Shown: in pieces, positions 1 to 13,718 of the stretch
How positions within the stretch are numbered: position 1 is the stretch's first letter
How the letters are laid out: each line of letters starts with the position of its first letter
Source of the DNA: Eledone cirrhosa
Lineage: Eukaryota
DNA: 64,000 nt
Assembly: GCA_964016885.1 (NCBI GenBank)
Contig: OZ024743.1
Span: forward strand, 127,038,001 to 127,102,000
Direction of reading: 5' to 3'
The notes under the pieces: generated by a model
Told to the model about the DNA's origin: nothing
Databases searched by the model: none
The model's input: the letters and a program-made list of their open reading frames with translations, nothing else
Program-made: the position numbers and the translations under genes

Positions 1-440
1 GGTATAATACATTATCAACACTGGCTGTGGTATAATACATTATCAACACTGGCTGTGGTATAATACATTATCAACACAGGCTGTGGTATAATACATTATC
101 AACACTGGCTGTGGTATAATGCATTATCAACACTGGCTGTGGTATAATGCATTATCAACAGTGGCTGTGGTATAATACATTATCAACACTGGCTGTGGTA
201 TACTATATTATCAACAGTGGCTGTGGTATAATGCATTATCAACACTGGCTATGGTATAATACATTATCAACACTGGCTGTGGTATAATACATTATCAACA
301 CTGGCTGTGGTATAATGCATTATCAACACTGGCTGTGGTATAATGCATTATCAACACTGGCTGTGGTATAATGCATTATCAACAGTGGCTGTGGTATAAT
401 GCATTATCAACACTGGCTGTGGTATACTATATTATCAACA
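1..440. repeat. 28-bp tandem minisatellite (GGTATAATRCATTATCAACACTGGCTGT), ~15.7 copies, truncated by window start
   Basis: Unit restarts at 1, 29, 57 ... 421; only point variants between units and no spacers. Confidence 0.95.
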
Positions 441-1696
441 ATAGGTGCGACAGAACTCATTAGCATACTCTAGTGAAGGCACTAGACTAAGTGGCACATA
501 ATGTCCTTGAGCAAGACATCATTCCACATTGCATCAATGCACTAAGCTGAAAATGCATAACAGCACATCTGAGGTTTACCTTACAACAGACTGGTGTCTT
601 GTCTTCTAGTTTAAGTATCATCACCTGTTCCTCTGGTATATTTACCAGAAACCATTTGTAATATTAGTGCCATACCAAAACGCATCCAGTCCACCTAGTA
701 AGATGGTAGTGCAAGTGTTACAACAGAAGCACCCCGTCGACCCAGTAAGGTGGCTGGCATTATGAATGGCATCGAATGATAGAAAACCAAAACAAAAAAA
801 AAAGGAGTGTATGAGCAAGACACGGTCACCTGACCTGTCTAGCCTCATAACGCTACAGCTCGTCAATTTAAACAAGCATGGCAAATTGATCTTAAGCAAT
901 GATGATGATGATGACAGCTGGTTTCTGGTTTGAAGACACTTTCCTTCTTACCAACACTCTTGGAGATACTGCCCTTCCACATTTCCTTCTTTACATTATG
1001 AACTACATCCTATCTCCTACAACATACATAGTTACAATCCATTGTCGACCCAATTTCTATCACAAGGTTTGTGTCGACTCAAGGCTTTAGTAAAGACACT
1101 TGCCCAAGATGCCACGCAATGGGATCAAACCCAGTGATACCTACATCCACACATTTCATAATATAGTTCTAAATACAGTACAGCTGAAAATAAGGGATAA
1201 TTATATCTGGAACATCTTTCAATCAGTAGTAACTGAAAACTAAACAATAACCACAGCTCTATAGTAAACCAAAGTATCTAAGAGGGAATTATTTTGGTCA
1301 CTTCAATAACCCCTCACCTTTGACTTGTGTCATAACGTCATCAAAGTATTTTTTCAGTTCTTCAACTTCAAATACAAACAAGGATAAACCAAATTTTTTT
1401 TCTTCTGAAAACGACTCTGGGGGATAGATTCCACGTTGGTATAAAATATTGTTAACACCATAATCTAAAAAAAGATAAAATACAAAATGGAATCAATAAA
1501 ATTTGAAACTTTATGAAGCACATGTGAGATTAAAATTTCAAAAGTAAGCTTTTTGCTACCAAGCCAAAAAAGATATAAAAACACAACACAAGAGTTGTCA
1601 CTATAAAATACCTGTGAATAAAACAGATTACCCCCTTTCAGCAGAAAAAAGTGGATGATCACGTGTGATGATTATTCACTTTTTTTTTTACTTTAA

Positions 1697-2066
1697 CCCT
1701 TTAGCATTTACTTTATTCTATATTTACTATTGTATTTTCACATTTACCTCACATAATATTGAATCTGAGATTTTGGTATTATTTATTTTGATTGGCAGTA
1801 TCGGTAGAGGGTCGGACGCCATGCTTTCCAGCATAGTTACGTCCCTTTACAATCTGAGTTCAAATCCCGCCGAGGTTGACTTTGCCTTTCATCCTTACAG
1901 GGTCGATAAAATAAAGTACCAGTAATGCCTTGTGCCTAAAGTAGAAACAATTATTTATTTTGAGAATAATACCTTAACATCAGTATGAGTGGCCAGTTAC
2001 AGCCGGTTTAAACAGAAAAAGGTGAGAGAATTCTGGCCGGATACAGTCGGTTTAAATGCTAAAGGG
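1697..2066 (+). mobile_element. piggyBac-type MITE (TIR CCCTTTAGCATTTA) interrupted by a SINE
   Basis: TTAA|CCCTTTAGCATTTA...TAAATGCTAAAGGG|TTAT; internal sequence matches five other copies in the window. Confidence 0.85.
1791..1950 (+). mobile_element. tRNA-derived SINE with (ATT)n tail; central GCCTTTCATCCTTACRGGGTCGATAAAAT block resembles the Meta-type core
   Basis: A-box-like TGGCAGTATCGG, B box GAGTTCAAATCC; TSD ATTATTTATTTTGA at 1778-1791 and 1950-1963. Core assignment is from memory. Confidence 0.85.
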
Positions 2067-2302
2067 TTATATTCCTGGTTTATCCATAACTATTTTATAG
2101 TGATGATTCATGCATCATGGTTTCTTTGCTTGATATCAAAAAAGACTTACTTTGAAATTAAAAAATAGGATATTTTAGATGCCCCAATTTTTTCACAGGA
2201 ATTTCATCTCCCTCATTTTTTAACCTCCTCCACACATATACATGTAAAGATGTTAATAGTGTAAATATATGGATATTGTAAATCAGGTAGTAGGGTGATT
2301 AA

Positions 2303-2875
2303 CCCTTTAGCATTTACATTACTCTATATATACTTTAGTGTTCTGTCAGACCCAGGATTATTTACTTGAGTAAATACCACCAGAATCTAACTACTAATTT
2401 TTATACAGAAAAGGATAAGATATATTTACAAAACACCATATCGAATACAAGTCTTCATTTTATTTTAACTCCGTCATAATCGTGGTACACAAAATATCCT
2501 CACGTATATTTAGGTTTAGTCCAAGCTTGTGGTTAACATGTTCATCTCCAGTGTTGTAGGTTCGAAGGAAAATGCTAAAGAGAGGAAGAGCGGGCTTGCT
2601 TGCCTCTATTTATAACCTCTTTCCGGAAGTTGCAAAAGAGGGTTCTAGACTTTCGACGGGAAGTAACTCTAACTACTTCCCTGTCTAGAGAGCGCTACAA
2701 TACTATTATATTTTCGTGGTAAAGGCTTTACCTCACGTATCGAATCTGAGATTTTGATGTTATTTATTTTTAGAACAATACCTTAACATTGGTAGGAGTG
2801 GCCAGTTACAGCTGGTTTGAGCAGAAAGAGGTGATAGAATTCTGGCCGGATACAGCCGGTTTAAATGCTAAAGGG
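2303..2875 (+). mobile_element. piggyBac-type MITE carrying a nested solo LTR
   Basis: TTAA on both sides (2299-2302, 2876-2879) with 14-bp TIRs. Confidence 0.85.
2334..2699 (-). mobile_element. Probable solo LTR (366 bp)
   Basis: Absent from other MITE copies; 4-bp TSD ATAC; imperfect inverted termini TTTAGTGTTCT/AGAGCGCTACA; TATAAATAG and AATAAA on - strand. Confidence 0.65.
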
Positions 2876-2999
2876 TTAACCTAGCCATGTGTGAGAACCT
2901 CTCAATTGTCATCAAGCAACCACACACCCATTTTCTATTTCTGTGCAGAAAGCTACCAAAGGATGACCTAACAATCACTGTCAGGTAATACATCACAGG

Positions 3000-4000
3000 G
3001 TTGCCACTCTGAAAGGTAGATCTGGAGAAATTGAGGAGTTGCTTCTTGAGAGGAGACAAGTAGATGTGTGGTGCATATAAAAATAGAGATGGAGGGTAGC
3101 CTCAGCCAAACTCCTCACAGTGAAAGTGATGGAGAGTTTTAGCATAGCCAATTAAGGAAAGAATCAAATTAGATGAAATGCAATCTGGTTTTGTGCCAGG
3201 GAGGAGCACCACATATGCCCTCTTCTTGAAGAAACAACTACAAAAGAAGTTCTTAGCTAAGTGTAAACCTATTTAGCCTTCATTGATCTGGAGAAGGCTT
3301 TTGAGAGAGTACCACAATCTGGTGGTCCCTAAGGAAACTAAGCAGAGGGGAATGATGAGAGCAGTGCAAAGCATATGGAGAAGCTATCAGTAATGTCAAA
3401 CCAGCTATCAGTAATGTCAAATCTGCTCAAACCAGCTGTAACTGTTATAATTTAATGAGGAATTCTATGTGCTGGTAGAAATTCATTGGGGTTTAATCCT
3501 CAGCCTACTCTTGTTTATTATAGTTCTATAGACCTTAATGGAATTTCTCTATGCTGATGACTTGGTTGTTATAGCCAAGTCTGAGGAAGAGCTAGAAGAA
3601 ATTCTGGCTTTGGAAATAAAACTTTGAATCAAAAGGACTTGGAGTAAACTTGGGAAAAACTACAGTTTTAGTAAGTAGGAATGAAAACAAGACCTTGATC
3701 CCATCAAAGAAGTGGCTTTGCTTGATATGTAGCAAAGGAGTAGGCAGAAACTCTATACAATGAACATAATATAAATCTTGGGTACAGAAGAGGTGTTGTA
3801 AGATGCAGGCAAACTAACAGAAAAGATGGGCTTTGTATGTAGCAGATGAACAGGGATAGTTTGTAGTAAGAGCATAAGTGAAATAAAATTTTTCCAATCC
3901 CAGAAGGCTCCATAGAAATGAGGAGGTGGTTCTGAGAGCATAGCAGCTAGAATGAAAAAAGTTTAGGGAGCTACTACTTCTATCGATAACAAAAAGATAA
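3000..4000 (+). pseudogene. Heavily decayed RTE-clade reverse transcriptase fragment
   Basis: Remnant motifs QSGFVPGRST, FIDLEKAFERVP and LYADD with many stops and frameshifts; boundaries approximate. Confidence 0.7.
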
Positions 4001-4519
4001 TCCAACCCATGCAAGCATAAGAAATGAACGTAAAATAATGATGATGATGATGGCAATGCTCCAGCATTGCTGCAGTCCAATGAGAAACCAGTAAAAATAT
4101 ATATCGTATGTGTGTGTGTGTATTCTGAAATCCCTGCCAGCATGCTCGTGATCCCCTTCTCCACCCTAAACCTGAAGAAGCATAGAGACAGAACAAATCT
4201 CAGGTCCTCACTAGCAAATATACTCCTGACTTCTTCACCCAACCCATGCTAGCATGGAAATCTAGGAGGAACTTTGACTGATTCCTCTTCCCTGCTGAAT
4301 CTTTACACCCCCAACACTTTCTCAACCCAAGAAAACCTGGCACACTCCAAAATGACAGACACCACCCACCCAACAACTTTCCCTAAGCAGTATATAAATG
4401 CTCTATTTGGGTCACCACCATGATCCCCCTCCAGCAAGGTAATGCTAGTACTCCAGCCTCAACACCTCCCCCACCAACATGACCAGGTACACTGAGCTCC
4501 CTAGTGCTGTAATGAAATA

Positions 4520-4803
4520 ATGATGGTGCCCCGACGAAAAGCACCAAGTCCACCCAGTGAGGTAGTACTATCGGAGTCACGATAAAATGCTCCCAATACA
4601 CTTTGTAAAATGGTAGGTGTTAGTAAGAGCACCCAACCATAGAAAACATATTCCCAGTACATACTGTAAAGTGCTTGGTGTTAGTAAGGGCATCCATCCA
4701 TGAAGCAAAGCTCAAACAAAGCATATGAGCAGGGCCTAGTCATTCGACAGTCACCTAACCCATGCAAGCATGGAAAATAGACATGAAAGGGTAATGATGA
4801 TGA
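4520..4803 (+). mobile_element. (GAT)n-tailed SINE / RTE 3'-UTR-related repeat; related copies near 660-915, 47845-48105, 52890-53060, 57320-57590, 59020-59300, 63060-63300
   Basis: Shared CTGTAAAGTGGTTGGYGTTAG..AAGGGCATCCA block and CCCATGCWAGCATGGAAAA...GATGATGA end. Confidence 0.65.
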
Positions 4804-4988
4804 TCTACACACAACAAAATATATCAATAATCTAGAACACTATAATCTTAAACCCTGCGATGGATTGGCGTCCTGTCCAGGGGGAAGTCTTGAACTCTCA
4901 ATCGTTTCATGCCACAGAAACCAGGATAAGCACCAACCTGATAAACCTCCAGACTAGAGACAGACTTTAAATTATAATCTTAGTTTAA

Positions 4989-5196
4989 CCCTTTAATATT
5001 TACATTAGTCTATGTATATTATTGTATTTTTGTGATAAAGTCTTTATCTCACACAATATCAAATCTATAAGATTTTGATATTATTTATTTTGAAAACAAT
5101 ACCTTAACATCAGTATGAGTGGCCAGTTACGGCCAGTTTGAACAGAAAGAGATGGGAGAATTATGGCCGGATACAGCCAGTTTAAATGTTAAAGGG
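4989..5196 (+). mobile_element. piggyBac-type MITE (208 bp)
   Basis: TTAA TSDs at 4985-4988 and 5197-5200; CCCTTTA TIRs. Confidence 0.85.
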
Positions 5197-5907
5197 TTAA
5201 TATTTGTTCATCATCAGGTGTATGTACACACAATGTATATATATAACCATCATCTTTTTATGTCCATCTTTCTATGATTGCATGGGTCTTCTTCAGCACA
5301 GCCTCTCTCCACTTGTTGCTCTCCTGCACACATCTGGTCTTAAACTCCTCTGTTATGGCCTGGTGAACTATAACAAACAGGTGGTTGAGAATTGAGTCCT
5401 GAACCTGTTGCTAACTTTCACCTAATTCTGTACGTCTTGCATGAGCCACACAAGCCATTTATTTATACTTGGTTTTCTTAGCAACTACTAGACTACATAT
5501 TGTGGTACTCTGTCAAAGGCCTTCTCCTAGTTGTCTCACTAGGAAGAGGACATAGATAGTACTTCAGTACAAACGTTGAAATGCACCTTGACTAAGTTTA
5601 TTTTCTTGCTAATTAGTTAGTGCTATCACTATTTCCATTACTTTCATAACTTGGTCCACCAGTTTAATGTATTTGTAATTGCTTCTTTTTAGAACATCTC
5701 ATTTGCTCTTGAAGCAACTGATATTGCTGCATCAGTCATTCTGAATTATCTTCTCCTATACTACCTAACTAACTATAAAATAGCATGTGTTCTACTTGCT
5801 AGATATTTTCAGCATGGCAGCATACCTTCATATATTTAATGGTCACTTCAACCAAATAGCTATTAATTTCAATGACTGGTCCCTTTGCTAATTCTTCAGA
5901 GTAGTTA

Positions 5908-7152
5908 CGAGGTACACAGGAAGTTTTGAGACTTTCTTTTCAAGCACTTTTAATTGACCTATATAACTGTTACTCTAATACATCCTTGATATGGTTATAA
6001 TAAACTAACATGCCAAATGATTTTTTTTTTCCAGTTGAAGGTTCAGGTCACTAGAGCACTTTAAACACTGCCTGCATACTCGTCTAGTCACAGCTGACTG
6101 GTTCCACAATGCAGTCAGGACTTGAGGACAACTTGGAGGCTCGATATGCAATAAAGTTTTGTGTCAAGCTCAGCAAAAATGTTGCAGGAACCTATGATAT
6201 GGTCAAAACTGCTTTTGGACTAGCTTCCATGAGCTGGGCGATTGTTTTCCGCTGGCACAAGAGGTTTCAGGAGGGCTGAGAGCAGGTCAGGACGCCAAAG
6301 TTGGTCGAGAAAATTCGCAAATTTCTGGACAAGAACCTTTGTGCATCTCTTCTGATGATTGCTGAATAATTTGAAGTGACTGGGGGCACTGTGCCATTCA
6401 TGGTGATCTGAAAATGTGTAAAGTTTGTTCCCAGGGTGCTCAATGAAGATCAAAGGCAAAGGCACATTGATGACAGCAGGGAAATGGTCGAATAAATCAC
6501 TTCAAATCCAAGTGTCCTTGAGTCTCTGGTAACCTGTGATGAGAGTTGGGTCTACTGTTATAATCCAGAGTGCCCAGTGGAAACATTCTGACTCACCAGA
6601 AAGCCAAGCAAAGCAGGCCCACTGGGAAACTCCTAATGATCCAATTCTTCGACAGCAAGGGCATCATCTACAACCACTGAGTCCTTCCCAGGCCAAACAA
6701 TCAACAAAGAGTACTATGTAGAGGCTTTGAGGCAGTTCAGAAAGAGATTTTGTTGTTAGAGACAAGAACTCTTCAAGTCTGGTCAGTGACACCTGCACCA
6801 GGACAATGCCCCCTGCTACAAATCCATTCTGGTGATCAACTACTTGGCCGATATGGGGATCAAGACTGTTCCTCATCCTCCCTACAGTCCAGACTTAGCC
6901 CCATATGACTTCTGGATATTCCTAAAGCTGAAGACGCTCAGGGGTATCCGCTTTGAGGATGTGGAGGAGATAAAGGAGACTGTGACAAGTGCTCTGGACA
7001 CCTTCACTTTGAAGGACTACAAGAGAGCCTTCCAGAAGTGGATGGAGCGTTACAACAAGTGCATTGAAATTGGAAGATCCTACTTTTACGTTGATTTGAG
7101 TTAAATAAATGTCTCTCTGATAAAAAACGCAAAACTTCTTGAGTGTACCTTG
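5908..7152 (+). mobile_element. Full-length (~1.25 kb) defective mariner (DD34D) transposon
   Basis: TA flanks; imperfect TIRs CGAGGTACACAGGAAGTTTTGAG / CGCAAAACTTCTTGAGTGTACCTTG; transposase remnants CDESWVY, HQDNAP, HPPYSPDLAPYDF (ORF 6832-7104). Confidence 0.9.
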
Positions 7153-8712
7153 TACCTCTTTGAGTAATCTCTTGTATTTTCATACCCTCCCGCCATCTTA
7201 ATGCCATTGAGTGTTGGGGGCACTGCTGTTATCATAGCATACTTTTCCCCAGCACCACCCTGGTTAAGTTTGACGCAGCACCTCAGATCCTCACATCATA
7301 GATCATTGGCAAACTCCTATGTTTCTGCTTTTCTTCTTGCTACCTGATATTGTTCTTTGCTTTTCTCCGACTTTCATTTTTTCCAGATATATTCAATAGC
7401 TTTTATGGCTTCACTGTACTGTTCCACCATCATATAACCTCCTGCTTGACTGGACCCTTACTCACTCCAAAAAGCTAATCCAGTTTTTCTCAACACCCCT
7501 ATGCTTCACCGTTCATGTATGATACATTAAAATTGTATATCTATAATGGAATACTCCTTTGCTTTACTGGCGAAGATTCAAAACTGAATCTGAGGTTTCT
7601 CACCTCTGGGACCATCCATTATTGGAAAGTTCCCACCATTGTCCTGTCAAGACAGCAATGATAAACGTACATTCCACTTTACCTCTGATCCAGCTTTCTG
7701 GGAGACAATATCCACATGGCTGATTATAACTCAACCTCATAACACATCCTTCTAACTATAGCACTATTATAAATACAAAGAGTTAAGGAATCTAAGTGCC
7801 AGAGAGACCGAAGCAAGTAGCCCATGTTAAGGTTCACGATGTAGCAGACCTTTCACTCTATCTCTCTCTCCTGACCTCACTGGTTATCACCTTCTCGGCC
7901 ACAGACACAGCCAGCCATGCATGCCTGACAGATTGACTACTACGACAATAATATATTCTAAGAATAGACACACACACACACACATAGTAAGTCCATATTG
8001 ATTACATTCTACGCTCATTCTATTCTTCAGTCTCACTGTGATATTGTAACGTTGTATGGATACATACATTCACGCTAGCTCGTAGTAGTTAGCAAATTAA
8101 TGTAGGGATAATTCATGTCGTAAATATTATTACTCGATGTTCAAAGTGAATATTGTTATTATAAAATAAACGTTAACAACTCAATCATGGCATTATTCTT
8201 TTCAACAAACACCCATCAAAGAATATCATTTATCCGCTACATTCCATTGAAGTATGCTTGCTTCATTTCTCTCCAACCTCTGTATATCCTCTGCATTTAC
8301 TGCCTGTATCTCACTGTAATGCAACATTACACTTCTCATGCAGGCCCCATACAATCTATCCTTTGCTCAAAGAGAAAATCTCTTTGACAACAGAGGTAGA
8401 TTCCTGAACATTTTCCAGACTGTTCTCATCTTTATCCAGCTACTATGCTTCTTTCAGAGCAACCTCCTCCACTGTTTATTAGGTTGCTTAGGTAACAAAC
8501 TATTTCTATAGTACTTTCCTGGGATTGGAAAAAGTTTATTTCACTGGTACTCTTACTACCAACTCAAGTGCATCTGCCACATACAAAGCCTACATTTTCA
8601 AATGCTATGCCACTGCACCTCTTGTGTACATCAAATAGAGTTCCTACCAACTCCTCCTCTAAATATCGATCATGGCCACTTCTGTTATACCATCTTATTG
8701 TTGCTAGTTCCA

Positions 8713-8890
8713 AGTATCGGTAGAGGGTCTGACGCCATGCTTTGCAGCAAAGAGTTGCGGCCCTTTGTGGTCTGAGTTCAAATCCCGCCGAGGTTAACTT
8801 TGCCTTTCATCCTTACGGGGTCGATAAAATAAAGTACCAGTAATGTTCTGGGTAATTGCTGGCCTTGTGCCAAAAGTAGAAACAATTATT
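8713..8890 (+). mobile_element. tRNA-derived (ATT)n SINE copy
   Basis: Near-identical to the 1791-1950 family. Confidence 0.85.
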
Positions 8891-10402
8891 TTATCTCATG
8901 TTGTCTAGCCTTAGACCAGCCTCATTCAGTATAACTACGATCAAAGGTGTTCCAACCTTGAACATTCTCTCAAAAATTATTTACATTAACTTTTTTTGGA
9001 AGTAAATCTATTTCCACATGCCATCACCTTAAATGAAACTTAAGGTTTCAATAGAGGTTACATGTGGCATCCCAAATGAGGACCTACATCTGCGGTAATT
9101 GTATTCTTTTTTCGAGTCGTTAAATGTTATCTTTTGCAGGTGAAGCGACCACGTAAGAAACTGTTCCCTCATTGTCTAACTGGCGACAAATTTGGCTACT
9201 ATTTCTAGCATGTCAAACTACTACGTAAGAAGCTGCGAACTGCTAATAGTCTGTGCTATCACTAACAAAAGGCGGTTTTGTGGCTATCAAGAGTCCTGTA
9301 GCCTCCTTTGTTGGGGTGGGGATTGGTATCCGTGTTCTATTTAAATGTTGTGATAGTGGGGAGGGGCATCTATGTTCTATTTAAAGGTTATGTGTACGGC
9401 TACAAACCTGCACTTTGTCAACGCCACCTTCGAATCGAAAACAACAGTATAGTATTGGATGAATACACCGTCAATGAGATTATGGTTCATTTTTATTTGT
9501 CGTAAAGACTCCGTAAATGGGTACAAGCATTACCCTTTTGATACCAAACTGCCGAAGTTGTTTATTCTAAGGTGTTTATTTTAAACACCTTCCATCATTT
9601 TCTGCAAGTACTTTTGTTATGCTGTAAATAATGAGATATTTAGTTATATGGATAAGTCCCTCTAAATTCTTGATTATTCGAGGGAAAAAAAACAATAGCT
9701 TTCATTAGAAATATGTTAATAAAAGGGTTGTCCTTGAAAAAATATATGTTTACGACTCCCTGCGTGTAACGGCCATATATTATATTTCATCGTTAATATT
9801 AATTATGAAATGTTTGATTTACAAAATATATTATTTAAAAGAGAATAAAGGCATGCACACACAATAGTGAATGCTTGTGAACTCTTGAAAATAAGACAAC
9901 CTATTTCACATTTTTTTTTACATAAGATCTGATGAGGAGGTCACTCGTCCTGCTAGAAATAGCAGCCAAATCTCCCTCAGATCACACCTTACTGCCTTTA
10001 AAAATAAAACAAAGTAGATAATATAGGCCTAGATGCCTTAATTCCGAATAAAAGACGGGATAGACATGGCTGGAATGTCTTCAATCATAGTTCTACTCGA
10101 CCAAGTTGAACAACTACTTTTTCGAATACACCGAGCACAGTAACTAATTGAAATACTGAAAGCCGGTCGAATTTTGACAAATTATTTAACTTTGTTTCGG
10201 AGTTGTACTTGTCTAGCAATTGACTTGATTTGAGACTGTTGAAACTAAAACGATTACTACATCAAAATCTTTAATATTTATTTCTTGGTGTCAAATTTTC
10301 GCTGTCTACGACATGGTCACTGACAGTACCTATGCAACATGAAATTTAGTAATTGGTCAATAATCCCCTCAGTAAATTTGCATTATTATTATTATTAATT
10401 GT

Positions 10403-10651
10403 AGCACAGAGTTACGCCCCTTTCTGATCTGAATTCAAATCCTGCCGAGGTTAACTTTGCCTTTCATCCTTACGGGGTCGATAAAATAAAGTACCAGTAA
10501 TGCACTGGTTATTTGCTGGCCTTGTGTCAAAAGTAGAAACAATTATTATTATTAATCCCGCCGAGGTTAACTTTACGGGGTCAATAAAATAAAGTATCGG
10601 TAATGCACTGGAATAATTGCTGGCTTTGTGTCAAAAATAGAAACAATTATT
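10403..10651 (+). mobile_element. Two tandem 5'-truncated (ATT)n SINE copies
   Basis: Second partial copy starts in the ATT tail of the first. Confidence 0.8.
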
Positions 10652-12111
10652 AACAATTAATTTAGATGAGAGGTGGGGGGGAGATAGAATGCTGGCAACT
10701 GTTAATACATTTATCTCGTGTTAGTATCCAGACTAGCACTGTATATATATTTGAATGAAACATACTGAATCACACGATGGCATGAGAGCGCCAAATACTT
10801 AAATCGGGCAATGTAGTAAAATAAATGTGACAAATATAAGATGAATGAATAGGCTGAGAAGAGGGGAGCAGAAAGTACTGAGTAATGTTTGCAAAATTAT
10901 TTGAAAATTACAGGCAGTCTTTCATATATTTGAACATCCGCTTATTTGTGTGTGATTAGTGATGATTATATATTTTTTTTATACTTTTGTTTGATGTATT
11001 AATAATTTTGTAATGTTTGACTAAAATTTTAGTAAATATTATCATTTGGATAAATGATGGACTGTCCGGTTACTTTTGACTCGCCTCACAAATGGCGCTG
11101 AAGTTTGCAAAGGGAATCACATTACTTCAATTAGTAGCGACTTTACACAAGAACTTGCAGCTTAACAGACGAAATATTGAAATTACGTCTATAACGTATT
11201 AACACCCAGAATAGACTGAACAAGGAAAAAAATAGGATAAAGAAAGAACAAGCTAGACGATTGAAGAAATCAAACAATGTTTAAAGCTGACCAAGACTAA
11301 CTAGCTCAAGAATTGTGAAAACTGGTGCAAATAACTAGGAAAATAGATGCTAATATATAAAAATAAGAATAGTGGACTTACAAAAATATTCAGCAACTAT
11401 ATCCGTTGAACCTTTTAACTTAATTGCATCAACAACTTGCGTCCCCGCCATTTTTTCAAATTTACAAACTTCAGTGGCGCTCCCTGTCAGCTTATTATAG
11501 AGTTGCCGCCCTTCTTATTGCCGTCGATTAACAACGAGGAAAATTCTACGTAATGCCAAGACCTTATTAAATACAGTTTAGTCGGGGAGGAGGGGAAAGT
11601 AGAGTCCTGGATCCAATTTACTGTTTAGTCAGTAAAAGCACCTGACTTAGTGGTTAGGACGTTTGGTTCATGATCGTGAGTTGGACTTCTTGCGTTATTT
11701 CGCTTTATTTCACGTTACTCTATCCCTTTCAGCTGGAAAAATGTGTGCCGATAATTCAAATGAGCCTTTGTCAAACGCTGAATCTCCCCGAGAACTTCAT
11801 TAAGTGTACACGTATCTATGAAATGCTCATCCGCTTGTACCTTAATTTCACGTATAGGCTACTGGTCAAACAACTTGAATACTCGTCGTCATTGACAATT
11901 GCTTAGGGAAAGAAGGACAGTTCTTATGACTCTTTGAGACTTGGGAGGGAGAACGGCATCTTTAAACCTGGTCTGAAAGCTTACTAAATGCATCCGTAGG
12001 TCAGGTGGTGGTGTTAAACTGGGTGACGGATTAACACAACTCGAATAGGCCACATGAACGCGAAGAGTCTGGATAAATACGCTATATTATGGCACCTATA
12101 ATATTAACTAA

Positions 12112-13062
12112 AATAATAATTGTTTCTACATTTGGTACAAAGCCAACAATTTGACCGGAATAGGAAAGTTAACTAAATCGACTCACGTTAGTTACTGATA
12201 CTTTATGTTATCGACCACGTAAGGATGAAAGTCAAAGCTAATCTCGGTGGGATTTGAACTCAGAGCGTAAAGGCCCGTAACTATATCTCGCAAAACATGT
12301 TGTCTGCCGGTCTAACAGTACTGACAATCCACCACTTTTTCATAATAATAATAATTGTTTCTACTTTTTGGCACAAGGCCAGCAATTACCCAGTGCAGTA
12401 CTTTATTTCATCGACCCCGTAAGAATGAGAAGCAAAGTTAACCTCGGCGGGATTTGAACTCAGATCATAAAGGGCCGTAACTCTTTGCTGCAAAGCATGG
12501 CGTCCGACCCTCTACCGATACTGCCAATCCACCGCCCATAATAATAACTGGTACTTTATTTTATCGACCCCGTAAGGATGAAAGGCAAAGTTGAACTCAG
12601 AATGGAAAGGGCCGTAACTCTATGCGTCAAAGCATGACGTCCGACCCTCTACCGATACTGCCAATCCACCGCCCTAGTAATAATGGTTTCTGATTGAGGC
12701 ACAAGGCCAAACATTTTCGGAGGTGGGGAGCAAGTCGTTTAAATCAACCCCAGTGTGTTACTGGTGCTTTATTTTATTGACTCCAAAGGTAATCTTGGCA
12801 GGATTTGAACTAAAAACAAAAAGTCGTAACAGCATGTTGTCTGACCCCCAACTGATACTGCCAGTTCACTACCCTAATAATAATTGTTTCTACTTTAGGC
12901 ACAAGGCCAGCAATTACCCAGTTCATTACTGGTACTTTATTTATCGACCCCGTAAGGATGAAAGGCAAAGTCAACCTCGGCGGGATTTGAACTCAGATCG
13001 TAAAGGGACGTAACTATGCTGGAAAGCATGGCCTCCGACCCTCTACCGATACTGCCAATCCA
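12112..13062 (-). mobile_element. Cluster of about five head-to-tail (ATT)n SINE copies separated by TAA tracts
   Basis: Repeated GTTTCTACTTTTGGCACAAGGCC...ACCGATACTGCCAATCCACC units between (TAA)n runs. Confidence 0.85.
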
Positions 13063-13119
13063 CAATAATAATAATACATACATACAGACAGAGATCAAAG
13101 CCTATCGACTGGATATTTT

Positions 13120-13299
13120 GGCAGTATCGGTAGAGGGTCAGACGCCATGCTTTGACGCATAGAGTTACGGCCCTTGCCATTCTGAGTTCAAATCCCGCCG
13201 AGGTTAACTTTGCCTTTCATCCTTACGGGGTCGATAAAATAAAGTACCAGTAATGCACTGGATAATTGCTGGCCTTGTGCCAAAAGTAGAAACAATTAT
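13120..13299 (+). mobile_element. tRNA-derived (ATT)n SINE copy
   Basis: A and B boxes plus family body and tail. Confidence 0.85.
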
Positions 13300-13717
13300 A
13301 GTCAAAGACCACAAAGAAAAAAAATGCCTTCTAATAGATGTATCAATTCCCACAATGACAATATATCTTCCAAGGAAATGGAGAAACTCTCCAAATATAA
13401 AGATCTAGAGATAGAAATAACTCAAATGTGGAAAATGAAAACTGAAGCAATGCCTATAATAATAGGTGCTCTAGGAATGATAAAAAATTCACAGACAAAT
13501 ACATAGCCAAAACCCCAGGACTTACAAATATATACAGCATACAAAAGGTAGTACTACTAGGCACTGCACACATATTATGAAAAGTACTATCAATACAATA
13601 GAAATAACAATAGAAAAAACTACATTGCTCATACCCAAGGCGCACAGAGCTGTGTTCAGTAAAGCAGTAATGATGCACAATAAAAATAATATTGGAAATA
13701 ATAATAATAATAATAAT
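13300..13717 (+). mobile_element. 3' fragment of a divergent R4/Dong-clade retrotransposon with (TAA)n tail
   Basis: RLE C-terminus EKLSKYKDLEIEI..MWKMKT...IIIGALG...QKVVLLGTAHIL; 3' UTR differs from the other copies; tail 13698-13717. Confidence 0.8.
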
Positions 13718-13718
13718 A

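Noticed and set aside
1-440. 28-bp repeat array as a CRISPR array
   Set aside because: Units are contiguous with no unique spacers, no cas genes, and the context is eukaryotic.
7757-8180. Possible solo LTR on - strand
   Set aside because: Could not identify a matching TSD or clean TG..CA ends.
9140-9152. 13-nt micro-exon candidate (TTTTGCAG...GTAAGA)
   Set aside because: Overlaps a repeat-derived GAGCGACCACGTA motif and has no supporting neighbouring exons.
9929-9960. CTGATGA...GAAA hammerhead candidate
   Set aside because: Stem II does not abut GAAA and no stem I/III forms; lies in a SINE-like repeat.
13120-13200. tRNA gene
   Set aside because: A and B boxes belong to the SINE head; no complete cloverleaf.
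13577-13718. First 47 aa of the 367-aa ORF as a real N-terminus
   Set aside because: Chance in-frame read through the 3' UTR and TAA tail of the preceding R4 fragment.
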